Source: Octopus sinensis
Taxonomy: Eukaryota
Direction: 5' to 3'
DNA: 64,000 nucleotides
Assembly (NCBI RefSeq): GCF_006345805.1
Contig: NC_042998.1
Coordinates: 135,594,001-135,658,000, forward strand
Part shown: positions 25,454 to 36,267 of the stretch, in pieces
Layout: each line of letters begins with the position of its first letter
Numbering within the stretch: position 1 is the stretch's first letter
Position numbers and translations under genes: made by a program
The notes under the pieces: generated by a model
What the model was told of the DNA's origin: nothing
Database searches by the model: none
Seen by the model: the letters and a program-made list of their open reading frames with translations, nothing else

Positions 25454-26999
25454 TATGCATATTTTCAAAAGCTCTTTCTGTATATAATAATAAAATTGAA
25501 TTAAAGCAGGATTTTAAACTATAACGGATTTACTTTTCAAATTGAATTCACTCAAGCAGAAGTTAAAATGACCTCGAAATTGACGCCAAATGAAAGAAAG
25601 AAAAAGAAAAAAAAATCCTTTTAATTCAAAACAATTCTAAAGCACAAAAGGTTATGACATTGCGACTCTGGCGTACTTGTAGTTTTAACTATTGTAGTTA
25701 TAGTGAAAGCAGTCTTTCATCGTATTCAGTGATTATTATTTAGACAGCTGCCATTCTAACATACTTTATATCTGAAACGTAACAAGGAAATTAAATAAAG
25801 ATAAAAACTTAATTTGACAGTTATGTATAAGATTAAGGTTACAGCCGTGGTTGTGTGGTGAAGAAATTTACTTTCCATTTACCTGGCTTCGAAATCTCAA
25901 GCAAGTATGCTGTCGTGTGTGTGTGTGTGTGTTTGTTTGACATCGTGCGATACTTGTAAACGAATGTCACCGTCATATAATCAGTGTCATTCTTTTCCAT
26001 TCTTCTTTAAAACCATGTTCGACCTAGATAAATATTTTCTTGTGTGGAAACCGGTGAGGGTTGCAGCAAGAAATCATCTGGCTTTAGAATATCAACCTCA
26101 ATTAACTCCACCTGATCCATGCAAACATGGAAATATGGACGTTAAAACGATGATAATGATATTTTGTATAAAGGCAGCGGATCGGCTGTGTTATAAGAAT
26201 ATCAGATAGAATGCATTATTGTATTTGTTTTGGTTTTCTGTCGATATTAATTCAAATCTCGTCCCATATCAGTTTGCTGTATTTTTCCTTTCAGTCAAGA
26301 GATAAAGTATCACCTATCCGAAGGCGGACAATAAATTAACGAAATTTGTAAGAGCGTGAAACAGATTACCCTGCAATATCTATTTCGGCTCTTTACATTT
26401 TTTAAGGCAACGCCTGACCTTCGATGACCTTTGTGCCAAATTATATCAACCGCTGGCCACTCCTATATATAGACAAAGTCGGTGGTGTGGTAAGAGAAGA
26501 CTTGCATGCACAGGCATTTGAGGCTCTTTCATGAAAGACCTTGCCCAGGACTGCCTCCGCCTTCTTCATTGATAGTTAAACGTTGAATAAAGAACATTTT
26601 TATGTTTACTGGTGAAAAACCGGTGTTAAGTGAAAAGAAAAAAAACAACAAAAATGTGGGTTAGATATTCGTTAGAGTATAGATACATGAATTAATTGCA
26701 AATACTGAGTCCGATATAATTAACTAAAACTCTTTAAGACGGTGCTCCAGCATAGCCGCCGTTCAATTAATGGAACCAGCAAAAGAATAATATATTTCTG
26801 TCAGTATTTCGTGCTCTTCTTTGGTTTATTCCGTGTTATTTTGTCAAAGAAACTGTCATAATCAAATATATAAACTATATTACTGTGTACCAGTAATGTT
26901 ATGGGGTCAATCGACTAAATCTTTCTCAACTACAAATTTGTGATGTTCACCTTTATGTAGCTTGCGGGTACGCTCTGATACCGTTTCACCATATTTCCT

Positions 27000-27335
27000 C
27001 TCCCAACTGGGGTAGCCGTGTATCTCCTCTACTGCAAGGCACCTGTCTCTTTATTATACTTTAACCTCTCATCACCTGGCACAAAGCTATCTCACTCAAT
27101 ACTGCATCTCTTCTCAGTTGCGTGGTCTTTTTTTGCGAGTTACTTGGTGATCTCACTTGCGCCGGTACCACATGAGAAGCACCTAGTATGCGTGTTATGA
27201 AGTAGAATGCGTTATGAAGAGTATCCTGCTGTAGAAACCGTGCCAAAGCTAACATAGTTTGGTGCGGTTCTTTGGCTCGTCGGTTCCTGTCAAATCGTCC
27301 TACCCATTCCAGCATAAAAAACGGCCGTTAAACGA
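27000..27335 (+). mobile_element. Interspersed repeat family 5 (SINE-like, ends ...GACGTTAAA(C)GATGATG)
   Basis: The 3' end CCCATTCCAGCATAAAAAACGGCCGTTAAACGATGATG matches CCATGCAAACATGGAAATATGGACGTTAAAACGATGAT at ~26115. Confidence 0.55.
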
Positions 27336-28169
27336 TGATGGTGAACCTCTGTCAGATGGTGATCAGTTGCAATTCAGACCCGGCTGAACAGACCCGTGAT
27401 CAACGGTATTCCAGGTGTAACCAACACGCCTTTTTTAGGAGTATGTCAAACTAAATTATTCAGTGTCATTTAAGGGAGATTTGACTATTTTTAACAGGTA
27501 AGATGACCATATATATAACCCATCTAAGAAATTCTTATCTTTGACGTCCTAGATCTTTATAAATAAGCATTGTTTACAGGATCTGTATAAAGATTTCGAC
27601 TGGTCGGTTTTGAATCATAGATGGAAGACAATCTCGTATCAATTTGTATTTTGGGTACAATTTTAATTGAACCATCATTATTATTTTATCCTTCACTTAA
27701 CTATGTATTTTGCAGATGGTATCCCTGGGAAAATTTCCTATATCGTTACAGTAAAGATTGTCTGTTCATAGAAGTTAATGTTTGTGTCTTGAAGATATGT
27801 CTGGGATGCAAATAACTTTCGTAAAATTTGAAATAGTTTTTGTTCATAATTTCAATCAGATTGTATTTCTTTGTGAAATTTAATTAATCGTATTGTTAAA
27901 TCTAATTACTCGTATAATATTTCTTTGTTAAATTTAATTCGTCTGGCTGTTGTTTAGCCCCAGGTTGGCTCTTATTGAGCTTATCGAAAATCAACGGTAT
28001 ATTCCACTTACGGCAACTCGTTAGTTTTCCAGGCATCATATAGCTAGAACTACATTGGCAAATGTGTGTGTATGTCTCTTTTGAAACTGTAATTTAAGGG
28101 CGATTTGGCTGGTATTTCTAGCAGGTCGAGCGATCACGTTGACATTTTCTTGTATATAATCATGTATCT

Positions 28170-28848
28170 TTTATTTTTTAAATTTGTCATTCGACTGCGG
28201 CCATGCTGGGGTACCGCCTTAAAGAGTTTTTAACCGAACGAATCGACCTGGGTTTTTATTTTTTAAAACTTGGTGCTTATTCTGTCTATTTTGCCGAAAA
28301 GGTAATTTACAAAGACGTTTACAAACCAACACCGGTTGTCAAGCGTTGGTGGAGGTCAAACGCACGCACACTCTCATGTAAGAATATGAGGGGTTTAGTT
28401 TATTGGTGATCTAAACGAATAGGTACGCTGTGTAAGTACTTCAATTGGTCATCCGTTAGATTCCAAGTTCACAGCTGAGGCTGGAGCTAGGTTAGCTTGT
28501 ATATATTGGAGGAAAAGGACAACAAAAACCAAGGCAGGACGAGTATCTCAAGTCATTTAGAATATTTAGAATTTGAGGTAATTAATTAATTAGTTAATTA
28601 ATTACCTCAAATTCACCTTACTCTAAATATTCTAAATGACTTTAGATACTCGTCCTGTCTTGGTTTTTGTTGTCCTTTTTCATTCAATATATTTAATATG
28701 TATATAATGACGGGCTTCTTTGAGTTTCCGTTCACCAAATCCACTCGGATTTGGTGGACGGCTTTGTTCGGCCTGAAGCTATAGAAGCAGACACTTGCCC
28801 AAGTCACATAGTGGTTGGGGAGCAAACTTCTTACCACACAGCCACACC
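28170..28848 (-). mobile_element. Family-2 SINE split by a ~330-bp insertion
   Basis: 3' half at 28170..28370 and 5' half at 28700..28848, colinear with other copies. Confidence 0.7.
28501..28692. repeat. Long near-perfect inverted repeat (arms ~90-100 bp, ~4-nt loop)
   Basis: ATATATTGGAGGAAAAGGACAACAAAAACCAAGGCAGGACGAGTATCTCAAGTCATTTAGAATATTTAGAATTTGAGGTAATTAATTAA is mirrored by TTAATTAATTACCTCAAATTC(8-nt extra)CTAAATATTCTAAATGACTTTAGATACTCGTCCTGTCTTGGTTTTTGTTGTCCTTTTTCATTCAATATAT. Confidence 0.95.
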
Positions 28849-29269
28849 AATAATGGTTGTCAGCAATAACTTATATGATCATATGAAAGTATTTGTTTAA
28901 ACATTTGGCGTTCTGAGTTCAAATCCCGCCGAGATCAACTTTGCCTTTCATCTTCTCGGGACCGATAAAAAATAGTACCAATTCAGGGCGATGGATTAGC
29001 AAAACTGTAAGAACGTCGGACCGTAGACCTTGGGGCATTTCTACTAGTTCTTTATACTCTAAGTTCAAATCTCGCCATGTCCTTCTTGGGTGATAGACTT
29101 AATCCATTACCTGGTTCCACACCACCATTTGAAAGTACCCTTTGGATACTTTCAACAGAGTTCACTCTATTGCAAGCATTCGGGCTTATATTTTTTCCCC
29201 GAGCCTCGGAAGTCCCTTGAAGTGAATCATGTACATTGGATAAAAGGTATATAAAAAAAATAAAATATT

Positions 29270-29615
29270 GTAAGGCTGTGTGTTAAGAAGTTTGCTTTCC
29301 AACCAGATGGTCTTGGGTTCAGTTCCTCATCGTGGCACCTTGGGCAGGTGTCTTCTATATCTCGCACCGACCAATTCCTTATGAGTGAATATAGTTGACG
29401 AAAACTGAAAGAAACCCATTGTGTGCTACACAACTTGACGACAGTGCTGGTTTCTTTACGCTCTCCGTAACTTAGTGGTTCGGCAAAAGAGACCGAGAGA
29501 ATAAGTACCACTCGCAAAAAAAAATAGAAAACGTATTAAGATTGATTTGTTCAACTAAAATCCTTCAAAGTAGTGCTCCAGCATGGCCACAGTCCAGTAA
29601 CTGAAACCAGTAAAA
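29270..29615 (+). mobile_element. Family-2 SINE
   Basis: GGCTGTGTGTTAAGAAGTTTGCTTTCCAACC..GGCACCTTGGGCAGGTGTCTTC..GTGCTCCAGCATGGCCACAGTCC. Confidence 0.8.
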
Positions 29616-30429
29616 GGTAGAACATTGAAATAAATCGAATCTTCTACTTTGTTGCCAACATGTTCTCCTATTACACATTTTAAATCCATCAAATATTGAT
29701 CTTTCACGTTGACAGAAGTGTATCAATATTGAAAAGGAAGAGGTGTGGTCAACTAAATTGACACAATTAGCAGTATTTATTTTATCGATCTCTGAAGAGC
29801 ACACAACTACTACTTGCCACTTCATTGCGACAGCGGAATCGGAAGACCGTCGAACAAAATAATTTGCAGTGTATTTAGTTACGGCTCTTTTAATACGTTC
29901 CGAGTTCAAATCTTGCTGAGATCATAAACTTTACTTTCAGCGATTGATAAAGTAGCTGCTCATTACTGAGGAAGGATATAATTGATTACACTGACAATTT
30001 TTTATTTATTTATGGTCAGTGTTATTTCCTATTTGCTTCTATCTAGAAATCAAAGGAATTGAGTACTATTCTCTTCAAACAATGTTTTGAAACTGACCTA
30101 TTTTCCATTACATTTCAGACATTCAGCGCTAAGTTGCTGAAGCAGAAATATCGTTATAGCAAATATTCTGCTCAATACCACAGATTTACTTGTCAGTTGC
30201 TTGACCTTAACCACTTGAGCATGTCCCTTAGTGACTGACAATATGAGCAGGAGTAGTGGGGGAGCATTATAGTTATGTGTTGAGATGGATTTTTTGAGGT
30301 TTTAATAAAAGTAACAAAAGCAAAGTTTGAAGGAAATGTTAATCATTTTTCATATTTACTAGGGGTAAGCAGATAGGAAATAGGTTGCCACTTGAGAACA
30401 AAAATCTGTCTCAAGTATTAGAGCTCATA

Positions 30430-30660
30430 GAACCGGGTTACTCGGTTTCCACGGCGTGTAAGTGACCGAGATAACAACATTTCTCTCCAACGGGACGCCA
30501 GTTCGTCGCAGGGTCACTCATTTACATCTGAATGAACTAGGGCAACATGAAATGAAGTGTTTTGCTCAAGAACACATCACATAACACCGCCCAGGCCGGA
30601 AATCGAAACGACGATCTTACTATCGTGAGTCCAATACACTGATAACGAGATCACGGGCTT
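30430..30660 (-). mobile_element. tRNA-derived SINE, family 3
   Basis: AAGTGTTTTGCTCAAGAACAC..GGAAATCGAAAC..CGTGAGTCCAATAC; related to 31060..31225 (-) and 55067..55350 (+). Confidence 0.7.
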
Positions 30661-31059
30661 TCGCTAATTGGTTATTGCCTCCCACTAAATTCACGACCTG
30701 GTTCCTATGTAAATTAGTGAACACTTTGATAATATAATACAAATTATGTATATTTTATGCCAGCTAATAACTATTGGATGTGTGATAATTGCAGTCTCTG
30801 CAGATGAATACAAATAATTCTTGTGTTGCACCTGTTTGACAAGTGGTTTCATTTGGTATCGTGGACAATTGCATCACAGTAGAATTATTGTGGCCATTGT
30901 GCCTTTCATTGCTTTATTATCATTTTATAGCAATAATAATAATGGACTCTCCCGTCGAAGACGACGTACGAGCGCTCGGCTTTTGCCGGCCGATCTGCAC
31001 GATAAAATGTTCGTGTTGCACATTAGCTCACTCGCTCCATCAAATCGACGTTGTCTGAA

Positions 31060-31225
31060 CAGGTGCGCGGTATTCCACGCGTCAGGTGTCGGAGTGATCG
31101 CAGAGTAACGTGAGACAAAGTGTTTTGCTCAAAAAACACAACACACCACCCGGTCTAGGAATTGAAATTACGATCGCTAGGTCGTGAGTGCAACACCCTA
31201 ACCACTAGGCCAAGCCACCTCTAAT
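31060..31225 (-). mobile_element. Family-3 SINE
   Basis: GTGTTTTGCTCAAAAAACAC..GGAATTGAAATTACGATCG..CAACACCCTAACCACTAGGCCA. Confidence 0.7.
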
Positions 31226-31239
31226 AATGATCCTTTGTA

Positions 31240-31865
31240 CTGGAGAGATAAGGACTTAAATTTGGGGGAAGGATAAAGTCGATTACATCGATTCCCAGTG
31301 CGTAACAGGTATTTATTTAATCGACCCCGAAAGGATAAAAAGCAAAGTCGACTCCGGTGGAATTTGAACTCGGAACGTAGAAGCTCGGCGTGCTAACGAT
31401 TCTGCCAGCTCACCGCCTTACCAATAATAATAATCTTTAAAATATTGGCTCAAGGTAAGCAGTTATAGGGTGAGGAGTTAGTCAATTACAGCGATCCCAG
31501 TATTTGACTGGTATATTATCAACCCTAAAAGGGTGGAAAACAATGTTGATCTCAGTGGTCTTTGAACTCCGAAAGTAAACAACCAAAAGAAATTCTTCTA
31601 AACTTTTGGTCCGACTACCTAACGGTTTTGCTACCTCACCGCCTTAATAAGAATTGTTTATAAAATTTGGCATAAGGCCAGTAATTTTTTAGGGAGAGGG
31701 AACCAGCTGATTACATCGATCCCTCTCCCCAGTATTTGATTGATACTTTATTTTATCGGCTCCGGAAGGATGAAAGGCAAATTCGACACCGGCGGCATTT
31801 GAACTGAGAACGAAGAAATGCCGCTATGCATTTTGTCTGAGGCGCTAACGATTCTGCCAGCCCGG
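31240..31865 (-). mobile_element. Three head-to-tail family-1 SINEs
   Basis: Repeated TCGACCCCGAAAGGATAAAAAGCAAAGTCGACTCCGGTGGAATTTGAACTC..CGATTCTGCCAGCTCACCGCC. Confidence 0.8.
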
Positions 31866-32454
31866 ACTCAAGATTATTGATTAGATGTCTTGACTCAGAC
31901 TTTTTGCTTTGTATTCTTCATTCTAAGTGACCTAATCATGTTCCATTGAATTAATCACTTCGTGAATAAGCGGTCGCGCGCGCGCACATTAAATTAAGGA
32001 GACGAGAGAGAAAATATTTGTGGCATTGCTTCGAGATTCTTTTAAATAACCATCTCTGTACGTTCACAGTTGTCTTAGGTTTAACATCGGATAAGAGCGA
32101 TTCTGTTAAAGGGCCGAAAAATCCAGTGACTACAGAAGTAAATGATTGAATAATATTAGTAGATTACTTTAAATATTTATAACTATCAATGACGTCGTTT
32201 ATGTCAACAAGGGAGCTTATACGTGATAAGTGAACCTGCTGGAAAGAGCAGCGTAAATCTTCCTCACCACACGCATCCGTTTTTTACGTTTTTGATCAAA
32301 GCTTCTATTTGAACAAGATGACAGGGTTTAAATTATACTTGAAGCTGCTGTCTAAACATAATTTAGAATTCTGATCAGTGCCGTTCCAACTGTGACTCTC
32401 CTGTCTTTAACACATAGTATATCTAGGATCTCATTTATCAAACTTGTCCCGCCC

Positions 32455-32645
32455 CAGCGGATTGGCGGAATCGCTTGTATGTCGGACAAAATGCCCTGCG
32501 GTATTACCAACTTACTGAGTTCAAATCCTGCCGAGGTCAACTTTGCATTTCATTTCGGAGTCGATAAAATAAAGAAATTTAAGTAGACTGGGATCGATGT
32601 TATTACCGCCTTACCCCTTCCTCTCACAACTACTGATTTGGTGCC
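32455..32645 (+). mobile_element. Family-1 SINE
   Basis: GCGGATTGGCGGAATCG..GAGTTCAAATCCTGCCGAGGTCAACTTTGC. Confidence 0.75.
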
Positions 32646-33719
32646 TTAATTAAAAGCCGTTGTGCTGCTATTTTTAGCAGGTCGAGTGGCCCAATTAGAG
32701 GCCTCTTCGTTGGTTTATAAATCTGTTGTTGAATTGTATTGTTTTCAGCAGCAAATTTCTATCACCAATTGAATGGGATATCAGACAATGGGTATCATTA
32801 TAATTATAACAATAAGCTCGGCGAAAAAATATTGCTATTTCAGTTTTAACATCTGCTATATTTATCTTGTACGGTAGTGGATAAGTTGTTATTTACTAAG
32901 TATCAAAAAAGAATAAATAAATAAAAGTTAGTTTTAATTATATTTTTAGTGAGTTTATATATTTTTAGCGCGGTGAATTTAATAACTCTTTGAAAAAGTG
33001 GTTTCTAAGCGAGGCATGAGGCCGTAAGGTAGACAGTAAGCAGGACAAAGTAAAAAGTTAAATAAAAATACGAAATGAAAAACATGACCTATCAATTTAC
33101 AAGCAGTGTTCTTGCTTCACCAACAGCTTTTGACAAACGATAATAATAATCAAGTTAAAAAGAAATAAAAATGAAATTGTTTGAACCTTTCAAATCTTTT
33201 TCACCACATTTCCGACATGTTTGACGTTTGAAAGCCGATCGATGATTATTATTAATACAGACAACGTTTGTTGCGTTTTACTTCTATACAATAACAATTG
33301 CTTCGTTTTCAAATTTATATTATTTTCCTGCCTATGATGATTTTATTGGCTGCTAACTGGAACGAGTGGTAAATTGTAAATTAGATATGATCATACGGTA
33401 TATTAAGATTGGCCGTAAAACACTTAGGCTGGGCTTACATTCACTGATCGAGAGGAATTTATAAGAAACATGGATTAATTTAACAGGTAATTTATCTTTC
33501 CTTGTAAATTCTTTCACGTTGTAACTGATATTTTGTTATTCGTTTCAGAGATGATAATTTCTTTTGTCGTTTCTTTATTGTTTAAGCCACTAAAGCAACA
33601 AAAGCTGGAGAAAAAGGATTTTAAAAATATTAATATAGGCGTAGGCATGGCTATGTGGTTCCACATATGTTTCGGGTTCAGTTCCACTGTGGCACCTTGG
33701 ACAAGTGTTTTCTCTCAGA

Positions 33720-33900
33720 TGACACTCGTGCTTTTCTCGGATTGCTCTTTTTCTTCTCTCAGGACTTTTTGCTCTTTCTGATGAGGAGTTATGCTCGAAA
33801 CGTCATACACCCTCTTTTTATCAAATTTTTCTGAGCATCAATCTAATATATTCACTGTGTACGTCCTTTTGACTTTTGTTGCTTTTCCTGTTTTTATTTT
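33720..33900 (+). mobile_element. Penelope-like element tail nested in a family-2 SINE (SINE spans ~33645..34080)
   Basis: Hammerhead-like core followed by a pyrimidine-rich tail; the SINE head precedes it and the SINE body follows it. Confidence 0.5.
33772..33812 (+). ncRNA. Minimal type I hammerhead ribozyme core (probably degenerate)
   Basis: CUGAUGA (33778..33784) - G GAG uuaug CUC - GAAA (33797..33800) - CGUC, with palindromic ACGU helix III; helix I pairing is poor. Confidence 0.55.
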
Positions 33901-35703
33901 TATTTTTGATTTGCCTCACACACACACCGCTTGAAATCAGTGTTGGCTTGTTTGTGTCTCTGTAACGTAGCGGTTCATCAAAAGAGACCATTAAAATAAG
34001 TGCCATACTTCAAAATTAGTACTGGGATCACGCAGTGCCTTTGCATGGCCGTAGGCCAGTGACTGAAACAAGTAAAACTTTTTTAACTATTGTTTACTAA
34101 ATTGATAACAAGACTTGTTAATTTACGCGAAAATTTTTTTTTTCATTTTCCTAGTTTAAATTCCTGTGATTTGAAATATTCTTAGTTCACACTGTTAAGT
34201 ATTTTAGTATACCCTTAAATATGTTTTTCCATAAGAAAATTTCCAAAATTTTCTGTATTAGCTGTATAGGTTTCTTGTATGATTCTTATGATTCGTTAGA
34301 CAATCTGCTCTGTCTGTCTATTAAAGCTTATTCCAGTTTTACTCTTAATAAGACAGTTATGATTTGGGGGCCTTTGGTCATATACATTCCAGCTGTGATA
34401 GCCATACATCTTTTATAAGACAGTAGGTAGATATTTGGCTGCAGATATTAAGTCGCTCTGTTTTTTTTCTTGTTGGCTCCTGTCGAGATCGGTTGTACAT
34501 TTTCCTCAGTTTCATGGGGCCGTTTGAGCAAGATGTATTTTCCTAGCGTGTTAAATAGAAAGCCTTGCGCTTCTCTGAACTATGTAACTCCTACGAAGTT
34601 TCTTGTAGTTAGCTGTTTATGATAAACCTTTAGAAGACATTTTTTCAGAGTAAAGGATTAACCCATAAAGCGCTGGGATTTGCACTTACAAAGCATGGAC
34701 TGTTGAGCACATTTTATGAAAATGAGACTACCACGCGCACATGAAAAATAAAAAATAGTTAAAATATCTTAGTATAATGGTGGCAAGGTTTACATCATTT
34801 GAAAGTCATTTGTTGAACTATTAATCCTCTTGCATTCTGGGCGGTATCGGAGCGTTTGAGTGACGTTAGACCCCAATAAGCGCCCATAAATTAAATGCAT
34901 CTATCTGGGCCACGATCGTGGCCCGTCGCGCTTTGTGTTAACTATTTTACGAAAATAAATCGACAGGCTAACTTTGTACAACAGTATGATTTTGGAATAT
35001 TGCGTACCAAGAGCAAATGTATCTCATTTTGATGCTTAATTCTGTTAAAACCCGATATGTTTGAGAATATCTTAGTATTTGAAAACATAACACAAACAGA
35101 AAATAATTTTGTCTATTAATATTGCAATAATTGATGGAATCGCACAGAATATTATAACTAGATTGTCCCTTCCTAAAATAAAGACAATCTCTGTTTACTA
35201 AGAATAATCTTAATGTGCCACATAGGTTTATAAGAATATCCTACCCAATACCAACACTTTGCACAGTATCTGAGCAAACGTTTTAGAACTGATAAATTTA
35301 AATTTTAGATTTATCAGATTTAAGGCTGCAAAAGTCAAATTTACAATATCAAATTACTGCAATATCAAAGTACTGTATCTAAAGCTATTTCACAGTTACC
35401 TCTAGTTATGTCCTTGCATATGTGGATGTATGTATGAAGATATTGCACTTTGTTCTAGTAATTCTTCTACCTGTTGTGCTTGATATTGATTTCCTATCAG
35501 GCACAAGACCATAAATTCTGCGCATGGGTGTTAATCTATTAAACTGATCTAGTACTTGACTGGAATGTTGAAAGGCAAAGTTGACCCCTACAAGGAATAT
35601 AAAGGAACATAACTCGGTAATTGCATCACTGAACTCTCTTGCTTTTCCGAATCTGCCACTCGCCATTCTTTCATTTCTAACAAATTTAAAAGATGTGTAC
35701 AAT

Positions 35704-35880
35704 CATGCCCGTCGCTAAGAGGGTGCACTGACGGCACTGTTCCCTCACTATTCAATAGTGCACCCTCAGACTCACGGTGATACACTTATTTCGAAACTCC
35801 ACTTTAGGCTCATTACGAATTAGTGCCTACCCAGAATATTCTGAAGCACCTCCAGGCTTCAAAGTCTGGCGACAGGCCTG
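35704..35880. mobile_element. hAT-like MITE (~177 bp)
   Basis: TIRs CATGCCCGTCGCTAAGA / TCTGGCGACAGGCCTG; flanks TGTACAAT / TGTACGAA may be an 8-bp TSD; internal inverted repeat GAGGGTGCACT..AGTGCACCCTC. Confidence 0.6.
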
Positions 35881-35999
35881 TGTACGAATGAGGATATCGA
35901 AACTAGTCTTTGGGTAGTACTTTATATTCTCGATCTCTGAAGAAAGAAAGTAAAAAAAGATCACAGGGACTTTTTGTCCGATATTCAAATAGTTCTATC

Positions 36000-36237
36000 T
36001 GTTGTTGTTATATATATATAATGTATTGAGTATTAAAGGAAGTAGTGAGTACTTAGTATGAAAGATTAAGAAAATGAGAGAGACTGAAACAACGTGTTAA
36101 CGATACAAGATACTTTATTCGACTGCCGTTGTTGTACAAGTTAATTGTTTTGGCGGGAAACAAAGTGAAAGTCCTTTTATCAAGGGAGACAATGGGCGAC
36201 GTTGATTGTTCATGTTTGTTGTGATGATTATATAACA
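36000..36237 (-). repeat. 3' LTR
   Basis: Differs from 40282..40519 at 2 positions by my alignment. Confidence 0.97.
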
Positions 36238-36252
36238 TCTTCCTTTTTTTTA
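36238..36252 (-). promoter_or_regulatory. Polypurine tract
   Basis: Minus strand AAAAAAAAAGGAAGA abuts the 3' LTR. Confidence 0.85.
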
Positions 36253-36267
36253 TTTTTTTTATTTATA

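Noticed and set aside
34440-34730. Possible minus-strand exon pair (donor ~34688, acceptors ~34545 and ~34728)
   Set aside because: Joining the two candidates gives only a short peptide or an immediate stop; no support as coding sequence.
36053-36238. Near-identical 61-aa ORFs here and at 40335..40520
   Set aside because: They lie inside the two LTRs; no evidence of coding function.
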